Source: an uncultured Nanoarchaeota archaeon (GTDB taxonomy: Archaea > Nanobdellota > Nanobdellia > Pacearchaeales > GW2011-AR1). From it: a stretch of 64,000 nt of DNA. Under the pieces are notes generated by a model. It did not search any database. It had not been told where the DNA came from and saw only the letters and a list, made by a program, of their open reading frames with translations. The position numbers and the translations under genes are program-made. The DNA is taken from positions 43,411 through 107,410 of the forward strand of contig CAVUQF010000001.1 of assembly GCA_963743615.1 (NCBI GenBank), written 5' to 3'. Positions 56,440-64,000 of this stretch are shown one piece after another (position 1 is the stretch's first letter; each line of letters opens with the position of its first letter).

Positions 56440-57147
56440 CTAAGCTTCAAATTCTATCTCTTTCTTTATTTCCTCTCCATCAATTTCGGCTTCTCTAACT
56501 ATTTTACCTTTTCTTTTTGATTCCTCTCTAACTAATGAAAAATCCTTTGAGCTCTTTAATGACTCTGGAATTACAATGTCCTCTATTACAAAAGAGTGTG
56601 TTATATCTGCTTTTTTGAAATCGGATTTTTCAAATACAAACCCTTTTCCGATTTTTTCATCAGTTGTAATAATTTTGCAGAAATCTGCTTTAGGTTTCTC
56701 TTTGTCCTTACCTTTTGGCTTTCCAGACTTTGGAGCTTTTGCCTTTATTTTTAACTCTGTATCATCCACTTTAAAGCTTAAGGCAAAAAACGCTTTTGGA
56801 AATTCATTAAGTAATTTTATTATCTCATCTCCAGTCAGTTCTTTATTAATTATGTAACTTTTTACTCCTTGAAATTGTTTTTTGCTGCTGAAATCTAGCT
56901 TACCTGTGAGATCATTCGTTGAAATAACTGCCCCGCTAAAGTTTGTCTTCCTGCTCCCAAGCTTTTCAGCCACTTCTCTGACCAGCTCATTTGCAAATTC
57001 TGGCCCGGTGAATATGGAGTACTTATTTCCTGCTCTTTTTGCATTAATCAGAGCACGATTGTCAAAAATTCCCCTGCTAAATTTTTGAAATTGTAAATGA
57101 ACTAAGTTGTCTGTTTTTTTCAAAAATATCTTTTCTATAAAATTCAT
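56440..57147 (-). CDS. Conserved hypothetical protein
   Basis: 235-aa Lys-rich ORF with own TATA-like box; no function recognised. Confidence 0.7.
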   Translation of the reverse strand: MNFIEKIFLKKTDNLVHLQFQKFSRGIFDNRALINAKRAGNKYSIFTGPEFANELVREVAEKLGSRKTNFSGAVISTNDLTGKLDFSSKKQFQGVKSYIINKELTGDEIIKLLNEFPKAFFALSFKVDDTELKIKAKAPKSGKPKGKDKEKPKADFCKIITTDEKIGKGFVFEKSDFKKADITHSFVIEDIVIPESLKSSKDFSLVREESKRKGKIVREAEIDGEEIKKEIEFEA

Positions 57148-57225
57148 GAAGATTGTTATTCAATCTCTCTTTTAAATTTTACTTAAAAACCTTTATAAAT
57201 TTAGAACGATATCTTAATAGATAAA

Positions 57226-58251
57226 ATGGATGAGAATAATATTATTGTTGCTGCTATATTAATTTCTTTGGCCGTATTGTCTTTTTTTATACTGAAGCCA
57301 ATATTTATGTCTGTAGTTTTTGGGTTTGTTCTTGTTTTTATTTTTGCTCCTATATATAATTTAATACATAAAAAAATTAAATCAAAAAATTTATCTTCAG
57401 CTATAGTAACAATAATTTTATTAGTAATCATAATTGTCCCTCTGATTTTTTTAATCCCCTTCTTGCTTAATGAAACAATAAAAATATACACATTCGCCCA
57501 GAATCTTGATTTTGTAACTCCGATAGAGAAATTATTGCCTTCGATAACTCAATCAGAATCCTTGGCTGCCGAGTTCGGCTCCGTTTTGCACTCCTTTACG
57601 ACAAATATCTCAACAGGAATATTTAATTCTGTTTCCAATTTCCTGATGAATCTGCCAGTAATTTCATTGCAGCTTACCGTTGTCTTTTTTACCTTCTTTT
57701 TTGTTATGAGGGATAAGGAGGAGTTCATAGCTTACCTAAAGGTGGTTCTTCCTTTTTCGAAGGAGATTCAGGATAAACTACTTAAGGTAACAAAAGATGT
57801 TACTGCATCAGTTTTGTATGGACAAATAGTTATTGGGTTCATCCAAGGTCTTGTTGCGGGACTAGGATTTTTCTTGTTTGGAGCTCCAAATGCCTTATTA
57901 TTTATGATTCTAGCGTCAATAGCTGGAGTTTTCCCAATTGTAGGCCCTGCGATCATTTGGATCCCTATGGCAGTATATCTTCTTGTTACTGGAAATAATG
58001 TTGCAGGGTTAGGAGTTACTATCTTTGGTATTGCCTCAATAGTTGTTGATAATTTATTGAGACCGATAATAATTTCGAGAAGGCTAATGATAAATTCTCT
58101 GCTTGCATTGCTCGGAACTATCGGGGGGCTGATATTCTTTGGTGTTTTAGGGCTTATTATCGGACCTTTAATAATTGCTTATTTAGTAATATTCTTGGAA
58201 GTTTACAAGAATAAGAGATTCTCTGGGCTAAAATATGAGAAAACAGAATAA
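57226..58251 (+). CDS. AI-2E family (UPF0118) transporter
   Basis: P.VGPAIIWIP, VDNLLRP, GTIGGLIFFG..GLIIGP. Confidence 0.92.
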   Translation: MDENNIIVAAILISLAVLSFFILKPIFMSVVFGFVLVFIFAPIYNLIHKKIKSKNLSSAIVTIILLVIIIVPLIFLIPFLLNETIKIYTFAQNLDFVTPIEKLLPSITQSESLAAEFGSVLHSFTTNISTGIFNSVSNFLMNLPVISLQLTVVFFTFFFVMRDKEEFIAYLKVVLPFSKEIQDKLLKVTKDVTASVLYGQIVIGFIQGLVAGLGFFLFGAPNALLFMILASIAGVFPIVGPAIIWIPMAVYLLVTGNNVAGLGVTIFGIASIVVDNLLRPIIISRRLMINSLLALLGTIGGLIFFGVLGLIIGPLIIAYLVIFLEVYKNKRFSGLKYEKTE

Positions 58252-58311
58252 ACTTTATTATATACGATAAATCTTGCTTAACTTTTTAAACTTTTATTAC
58301 CTGTAGATATC

Positions 58312-58593
58312 ATGGCAGAAGGATACCGAAGAAGCTTTGTGGATCATTTAAAGAGGACTCTATCCAAGGGGTATAAGGAAGACTCTTTGAGATGGGCATT
58401 GATTAACCAAGGATATGCAGATGTGATAATTAACAAAGCACTGGAGCAGGCAAAAAAAGAGTTAGCTGAAGAAGAGAAGCAGAAGGCAGAGAAGGAAAAA
58501 CCAAAGATAACATATCAAGTATATGATAACAATAACAAGCAGGTAAGGGTCAATAAAAAACACTTCTGGAAGAGGCTTTTTGGATTAGAGTAA
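58312..58593 (+). CDS. Hypothetical protein
   Basis: LKRTLSKGY...LRWALINQGY small helical domain. Confidence 0.65.
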   Translation: MAEGYRRSFVDHLKRTLSKGYKEDSLRWALINQGYADVIINKALEQAKKELAEEEKQKAEKEKPKITYQVYDNNNKQVRVNKKHFWKRLFGLE

Positions 58594-58634
58594 TTACAAA
58601 ACTTTTTTAATGTGACTTTTGTATAAAAAATAGT

Positions 58635-58715
58635 GCCGACATGCGGAGAATGGTATTCCACCTGGTTTGAGCCCAGGACCTTTACGGTATCCAGGTTCGA
58701 TTCCTGGTGTCGGCG
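58635..58715 (+). tRNA. tRNA-Ser(TGA)
   Basis: GCCGACA/TGTCGGC-G acceptor, CCTGG-TTTGAGC-CCAGG, variable arm ACC-TTTAC-GGT, GGTTCGATTCC. Confidence 0.9.
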
Positions 58716-58734
58716 TTCGAAAAATTTGTGACGT

Positions 58735-60675
58735 TTATACCTTACCTTCAAATTCTTTTAGTACTCTTATGTCTGGACTTAGCAGAAAAATATGATCTTC
58801 TTTGAATCTTAGACCCCTGTAGACTTTTTGTAATAATTCTCTCTTTGACTTGTCTCTGTAAAATTCCCAGTATTGATTAGGGTTCGTTAATTTTAATATT
58901 TTCCAAAACGGCTCTTCTGGACTTGGATTTGGATATTTTGTAAAAACTATACTGTTACATTGCTCTCCAGGGAAATCAACACCCCTTGCGCATTTTGTAG
59001 TAAATAAAACATCAATGATCCCCTCTTTGAATTTCTCAATCATGATTCCATTTTTATCTTCTTTTTGTTTCTCTTTCAGCTCATCTCTGGTTATTAAGGA
59101 GTCCAGCTTAAAATGTTCAATTTCATAATCATTTGGCAAGTCATAAAAGGCACTAACATGAATTAATGTTGGTTTTTTAGCAACTTTTACACATTCATTT
59201 AATGCTTTTAGATAATCTTCTCTTGTATACCTTTTACTTGCAAAATTATCATATTTGCAGTCAAATTCTAAACCTGTCCTTGTTACATCTACCTTTCCTG
59301 GCTGCTCTGTTTCTGCATCAATAATCTTGAAGCTTTCAAGACCAAAAATATCTCTCAGAATAGTTTCTGAGTGCAAAGTTCCAGACATTAGGATGAGTAC
59401 TTTGTTTTTTCTTCTCATCTCCTGAAATTTTTTAGAAAGATTTGTGGTAACTACAGTCGCAATTAAATTATTCTCTTTTTTTGAGAACATTATATAAGCT
59501 TCATCAAAAAAATCTTCAAACATCTTTGCAGTTTCTTTGATTTCAAACAAATAACTTTCCTCATCAATTTCTTCAGAAAATTCTTTTGAATCATTAATGA
59601 CCTTCAGCAAATCATATACTCCTGTTTTCTTTATGGGGATTACATTTCCTGACAAAATTGAGTTATTGACTTCGCGATTCATCTTTACATGACTTATGAC
59701 CTTGCCTAATTCTTCGACAATTTCATGATGACTATCTTTCATCCCGATAAACTGCACAAGAGAATTTTGCATCCTATCCAAGTTTATGTGCCTCTCATTC
59801 GTAAAGCTATCCAAAAATTCATCACACTCGTCTATGATTTCTGCCTCTGTTAGTGGTTTTCTGTTTAGTGCAGATTCCAGTTTATATTTTGGAGAGTTGA
59901 AGATTATTATATCTGAATCAATATAAGAGTTGAATTGCTCATAAAATCCGCATCCTGGTTTTCTTTGGTATATGATAAACTTCACATTGTTTAATCCTAT
60001 ATAACTTCTTTTATTGGTATAATCTAGATTTTTCAAATCATAAACATCTGGAAGAACGGGGCTCCAATAAGGGCAGACGCTAGCGAGAGGAAGCCTTTTT
60101 ACATCCTGAATTCCCAAAATATTTAGGGGATTAATGTGCTTATTTTGCTTTAGATATTCTCTTATCTTTCTGAAATTTTTTTCTTTTATTTCTATCTTGC
60201 AAGGGATTTCCCAATTATCTGCAGACTTGTCTCTTCTTTTTCTTTCCTCAATCTCTTCTTTTCTGAATTCAAAAATGTCATTTAGTTTAGAATTAATTTC
60301 TCTTCTTATTTGTGGAATTGCAGATTCATTTGTTTTTATAAAAGCACATTCATGATTATTCCTTCCTGTTATTATACTTATTTTTAATTTATCTTTATTA
60401 TTTTCCTTAAGTATGTATTTCTTATTTTCATAATCTTTCTTGTATTGGTTTTGTAGACTCTTTCCTGGGACAATAATTGAGGTTTTTCCCAGATGTCTTG
60501 CAATATTCAGAGCAATTGCACTTTTTCCTGTTCCACACATTCCTTTTATGAAAATCACCTTTGTTCCATTTTTGACTAGTTCAACAACTTCATTCACAAC
60601 TTCTTCCTGAGTTTTTCCATTGGAGAATTTTAATGGTTCAAGAAATTTCGAATCTTCATATAAACTCCATGACAT
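58735..60675 (-). CDS. SF2 helicase, DinG/XPD-like
   Basis: Q-motif, GTGKS, IIDECD, MSGTL, RGVDFPG, QKVYRGLR. Confidence 0.85.
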   Translation of the reverse strand: MSWSLYEDSKFLEPLKFSNGKTQEEVVNEVVELVKNGTKVIFIKGMCGTGKSAIALNIARHLGKTSIIVPGKSLQNQYKKDYENKKYILKENNKDKLKISIITGRNNHECAFIKTNESAIPQIRREINSKLNDIFEFRKEEIEERKRRDKSADNWEIPCKIEIKEKNFRKIREYLKQNKHINPLNILGIQDVKRLPLASVCPYWSPVLPDVYDLKNLDYTNKRSYIGLNNVKFIIYQRKPGCGFYEQFNSYIDSDIIIFNSPKYKLESALNRKPLTEAEIIDECDEFLDSFTNERHINLDRMQNSLVQFIGMKDSHHEIVEELGKVISHVKMNREVNNSILSGNVIPIKKTGVYDLLKVINDSKEFSEEIDEESYLFEIKETAKMFEDFFDEAYIMFSKKENNLIATVVTTNLSKKFQEMRRKNKVLILMSGTLHSETILRDIFGLESFKIIDAETEQPGKVDVTRTGLEFDCKYDNFASKRYTREDYLKALNECVKVAKKPTLIHVSAFYDLPNDYEIEHFKLDSLITRDELKEKQKEDKNGIMIEKFKEGIIDVLFTTKCARGVDFPGEQCNSIVFTKYPNPSPEEPFWKILKLTNPNQYWEFYRDKSKRELLQKVYRGLRFKEDHIFLLSPDIRVLKEFEGKV

Positions 60676-60721
60676 AGTTTACTAAAACTTTTTGAAAGGT
60701 TATAATCTTTTGGATTCTAAG

Positions 60722-60794
60722 AGCCTCAGGAGGGTCTTGAACCCCCGACCTCTGCTTTACGAAAGCAGCACTCTACCAGCTGAGCTACTGAGGC
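60722..60794 (-). tRNA. tRNA-Thr(CGT)
   Basis: GCCTCAG/CTGAGGC acceptor, CTGCT-TTCGTAA-AGCAG. Confidence 0.95.
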
Positions 60795-60889
60795 AAGGTA
60801 TATATTCATCTAGGGACAATTGATATTTAAATTTTTTAGAAAAAGTTCTAACTAGGTAATAAGGTCTGTCTTTCTACAACTAAAAAAAT

Positions 60890-61186
60890 TTAACCAAACA
60901 ATGCAGACAGACCCTCTGCTGCGCTTTCATGTTTCTCTTCTTTTGGCTCTTCTTTCTTCTCTTTTGCACCGTGTTCTCCGGCACCAATTGGTGCAGGCGT
61001 ACTTGCAACTAAGCTTGCGTTCTCAAGTTCTTTGTCTATGTTAACTCCCTTGAGGCTTGTAATCAAAGATTTGACTTGTGATTCATCAACATGTGCTCCT
61101 GTTGCCTCGACAACTTTCTTCACATGTTCTTCGCTTACTTCTTTGCCAAGTTTGTGCAATAAAAGAGCCGCATATACATACTCCAT
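60890..61186 (-). CDS. rpl12: 50S ribosomal protein L12 (P1)
   Basis: MEYVYAALLLH...GLSALFG. Confidence 0.97.
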   Translation of the reverse strand: MEYVYAALLLHKLGKEVSEEHVKKVVEATGAHVDESQVKSLITSLKGVNIDKELENASLVASTPAPIGAGEHGAKEKKEEPKEEKHESAAEGLSALFG

Positions 61187-62007
61187 TATTGTGTTTCTCC
61201 AGATTTAATTTCGGGAATATTCTGTTCTGATTTTTCTTCTTTAATTAATCTTCCTATTGCGGATTCGTATACAAATGCCTTATTTATCAAAAGCTTGATT
61301 GTATCTTTTGATGCGTATCCTATTGAAACTGCAAACGCCAGGGCTTTTCCAAACTTTTCTCTTAGGTCCAGCAAAGTTTCTTCCACATTTATCTTGATTT
61401 CTAAATATAATTTTTTATCCGTTATATTGAATGCTGCTAAAGGTGTAAATCCCACCTTGAATGGTTTTATTCCCAACTTGCTCATTACTTCAGAAGCACC
61501 TTTAGAGATTTTTTCTCCCTTCTTTGCAATTATCTTAGCTTCCTTAATGCTTATTTTTCCTTTGTCGATCATTATTGCAATTCCTAATGCTCCTAATTCG
61601 CTTATTGCAGGACCTGGAACTAAATCGGTCGGACCTGCAGGAACTTCAATGTCCTCCTCAGATATTTGCCCTGGCTTTGCCCTTGTAGAACTTCTATTTT
61701 GAATTAATTCTAATGAAAGATCAAAAGGATCTAAATTTGAAAAAATTATTGCAGTGCTGTCATCAACTTTTTCGCTTAACCTCTTTAGTTCTTCTTCATT
61801 TGAACCATTGAGAACTCTAATTATAAGATTTTTTTTAGGGACTTTTATTACCGCTTTTCCTCTCAACTTCTTTGATATCTCCTGAAACTGAGAAGCAGGA
61901 ATATTCTTTATTGAGGCTATTAATAAAGTTCTATTCCCTTTAAGTAACTCAGAAAGTTCTTTTACTGACTGAATTTTTTTCTTGGATACATGTGCTTTGG
62001 TTTTCAT
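61186..62007 (-). CDS. rpl10: 50S ribosomal protein L10 (P0/uL10)
   Basis: AKPGQI...VPAGPTDLVPGP.ISELG..GI. Confidence 0.96.
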   Translation of the reverse strand: MKTKAHVSKKKIQSVKELSELLKGNRTLLIASIKNIPASQFQEISKKLRGKAVIKVPKKNLIIRVLNGSNEEELKRLSEKVDDSTAIIFSNLDPFDLSLELIQNRSSTRAKPGQISEEDIEVPAGPTDLVPGPAISELGALGIAIMIDKGKISIKEAKIIAKKGEKISKGASEVMSKLGIKPFKVGFTPLAAFNITDKKLYLEIKINVEETLLDLREKFGKALAFAVSIGYASKDTIKLLINKAFVYESAIGRLIKEEKSEQNIPEIKSGETQ

Positions 62008-62636
62008 TTTAGGTATATCTTTTGAGGTTTAGTCATAGTAAACTTTATCTCAACATTTTTTATATTATCATTACTCTTTGGGAGAGCTTTTAACAAGGAA
62101 TTGTAAACGGCCATGATATTTTCGATAAGATCTTCATCTTTCATATTCTGCTTTCCAATAGCTAGTTTTAAGCTTGGTTCTTTAGATTTTACCCTGATAA
62201 TATGGTCTATCCTTTCCTTAAGTTCACCAATTGATTTATCTTCTGCACTTTGGACAATTCCCAACTGGGGTGATGGCATTTTTCCTGATGGTCCTAAGAC
62301 TCTTCCAAAAACAGTAGCAACCTTAGGCATTAATATTGACTGAGAGATAAAGAAGTCATAACTTCCTTCCAATTTTTTAAGTTCTTTTTTATTGGAGTAC
62401 TTTTTGAAGTCTGCTTCTGTAACCGTATCTATATCTTTATGTTTTGTCGTTAAGAAAGCGCAGATTTTTTTACTTTTTATCTTATGAGGCAACTGTATAA
62501 ATAAGTTTATCGAATCTTTTTTTACGTCGAATTTTTGCAGATTTACAATTAAATCTAGTGTTTGGTTAAATTTTTTCTCTTCTTCCTTCCTAAGTTCTGA
62601 AAGAGCCTTTTTGAGCTCTTGTTCCATTTCAATCAT
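62004..62636 (-). CDS. rpl1: 50S ribosomal protein L1 (uL1)
   Basis: FNQTLDLIVNL, FGRVLGPSGKMP, TMTKP; start at 62636 with GGAGGT upstream. Confidence 0.96.
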   Translation of the reverse strand: MIEMEQELKKALSELRKEEEKKFNQTLDLIVNLQKFDVKKDSINLFIQLPHKIKSKKICAFLTTKHKDIDTVTEADFKKYSNKKELKKLEGSYDFFISQSILMPKVATVFGRVLGPSGKMPSPQLGIVQSAEDKSIGELKERIDHIIRVKSKEPSLKLAIGKQNMKDEDLIENIMAVYNSLLKALPKSNDNIKNVEIKFTMTKPQKIYLK

Positions 62637-62644
62637 CTTATAAG

Positions 62645-62710
62645 TACCTCCTACATAATGCACTAAAAGTCCAGAAAATGTTTCGGACCTTAATGATGTA
62701 GTATATGGTA
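62645..62710 (-). promoter_or_regulatory. Putative L1-binding autoregulatory leader hairpin
   Basis: UACC-AUAUA-CUACAU...long stem...AUGUAG-GA-GGUA; the stem includes the SD sequence. Confidence 0.65.
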
Positions 62711-62796
62711 AAATTCTCAGATAAAAGGGATTTATAAATTTAATCTTTAATAGTAACCACAATAATTATTATAAATCAATTCTATTTTTTCATTTA

Positions 62797-63147
62797 ATGG
62801 AATTGGTTGCATTGCTTTCATCAGGGGAGGGAACTTGGGCTCAAGTTTCGGGTCTGATTAAATATGGTGAATGGGATAAGGTCCTGATTTTCGGGGACGA
62901 TGTAGCTAGGAAATTTACATCAGAGAAAGAGTTTGAATTTATTAAAGTTGATTTGACTAAAAAAATAATTGATTTGAAGGATGAATTTTTGCAGAAATTA
63001 AAAGGGAGGATTAGCGGGACAGAAGTTGCACTCTCAATCGCAAGCGGGGACGGAAAGCAGCACATGGCTTTAATATCTGCCCTTATCAATTTTCCTGCAG
63101 GAATAAGATTTGCGGCTCTAACAAAAGACGGAGTTGTAGATCTATAA
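62797..63147 (+). CDS. Conserved hypothetical protein
   Basis: LVALLSSGEGTW..V...EVALSIASGDGK.HMAL; small alpha/beta domain. Confidence 0.7.
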   Translation: MELVALLSSGEGTWAQVSGLIKYGEWDKVLIFGDDVARKFTSEKEFEFIKVDLTKKIIDLKDEFLQKLKGRISGTEVALSIASGDGKQHMALISALINFPAGIRFAALTKDGVVDL

Positions 63148-63155
63148 TAAACACT

Positions 63156-64000
63156 TTATCGGATATAAAAAATCCAGAATAACATGACTACCACTAATAA
63201 GAATAGGAAAAAGTAAGTCATAAATTTGAAAGCCTTCTTTGCTACTTCTTCTTTCTTTGTTATTGCTAGAACAGTGATATAAAAGAATCTTCCTCCGTCA
63301 AATATTCCCACAGGCAGCATATTAACCAGAGCGACACTGATGCTTATTATAATCAGCCACCATAACAAATCATAAATAAATATCCCACTATCTCCAATTA
63401 AAGAAGCATAGTAGATATGATTCCTATCGAAAGAAGATAGCGTTGAATAGAATTGACTTAAAATTCCTTCATTAGGTGCTTGTAAAAATCCTACCCCCAG
63501 CCAGGATAGACTCCCATTAGCTGGGTCTTGTCCTAAGGTAATTGTCTTGTTATATGCAGAATTATTCTGATTTAAAACTGTAAGAGTAATATTTGCCCCA
63601 GGAGAATATTGGTGTAAATCATTTGCTAATTCATCCAAGCTTGTTATCCTGTTACCATTAATATCTAAGATTGTACTTTCCAAGTTTGCTCTTATTGCGG
63701 GAGCATCATAGTAAACAACCAACAGACCTTTAGTCTCATTCTGCTGTTCAATAAAACTTTTTGTTGAAAGATAATTCCCTGAATTTGTCTGGATTTCATT
63801 TAGATAACTGCTATTATTGCTCATTAAGTTTAACAAATTTGAATAGGAAGGGTTGCTCATCGATATATTGTTAACGGTGATAATGGAAGACATATTTATT
63901 TGAGTGTACGGATAAGTGTCAAAAACAACTCCGGTGGGAGTGAATGCAATCGCAAAAAATCCTATTAAGACTATAAAGAATAGTATGGCTGTTAAAGTAT
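63156..64000 (-). CDS. Site-2 protease (M50) with PDZ-like domain, C-terminal part
   Basis: NMLPVGIFDGG motif; frame stays open to the window end. Confidence 0.88.
   Translation of the reverse strand, partial: TLTAILFFIVLIGFFAIAFTPTGVVFDTYPYTQINMSSIITVNNISMSNPSYSNLLNLMSNNSSYLNEIQTNSGNYLSTKSFIEQQNETKGLLVVYYDAPAIRANLESTILDINGNRITSLDELANDLHQYSPGANITLTVLNQNNSAYNKTITLGQDPANGSLSWLGVGFLQAPNEGILSQFYSTLSSFDRNHIYYASLIGDSGIFIYDLLWWLIIISISVALVNMLPVGIFDGGRFFYITVLAITKKEEVAKKAFKFMTYFFLFLLVVVMLFWIFYIR

Noticed and set aside
58635..58715. tRNA-Gln(TTG) or tRNA-Sec reading
   Set aside because: The stem register places TGA at 34-36; the long variable arm and G73 fit Ser; Sec would need TCA

Overview
AT-rich, gene-dense chromosomal window from a small-genome DPANN archaeon (Pacearchaeota/Woesearchaeota-like by protein style; inference). 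From left to right it holds: PolD (DP2 5' part, DP1) and orc1/cdc6 with an ORB-flanked replication origin; an origin-proximal cluster of winged-helix/coiled-coil genes whose coding sequences contain DNA repeats and an ORB; a variable region around a XerA-type tyrosine recombinase; the S13-S4-S11-rpoD and L18e-L13-S9 clusters; a lone 5S rRNA; secF/secD; an ~17 kb surface-glycan locus; the large L3...L15-secY ribosomal cluster; and L1-L10-L12. Six tRNA genes are scattered through it. The strongest candidate for an undescribed system is the convergent pair of coiled-coil + wHTH genes at 4.7-6.2 kb. One carries a canonical-looking ORB followed by 12-bp tandem repeats inside its ORF. The other carries AACAGCTGTT palindromes inside its ORF that recur in non-coding DNA upstream. 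Other notable items are a tRNA-Leu with an AAG (A34) anticodon, a duplicated xerA 3' end bracketing three genes, a 119-bp conversion-like tract between two GT2 paralogs, structured r-protein leaders, and a homopolymer frameshift in rps5. All calls come from reading the sequence and recalled family motifs; no searches were run.
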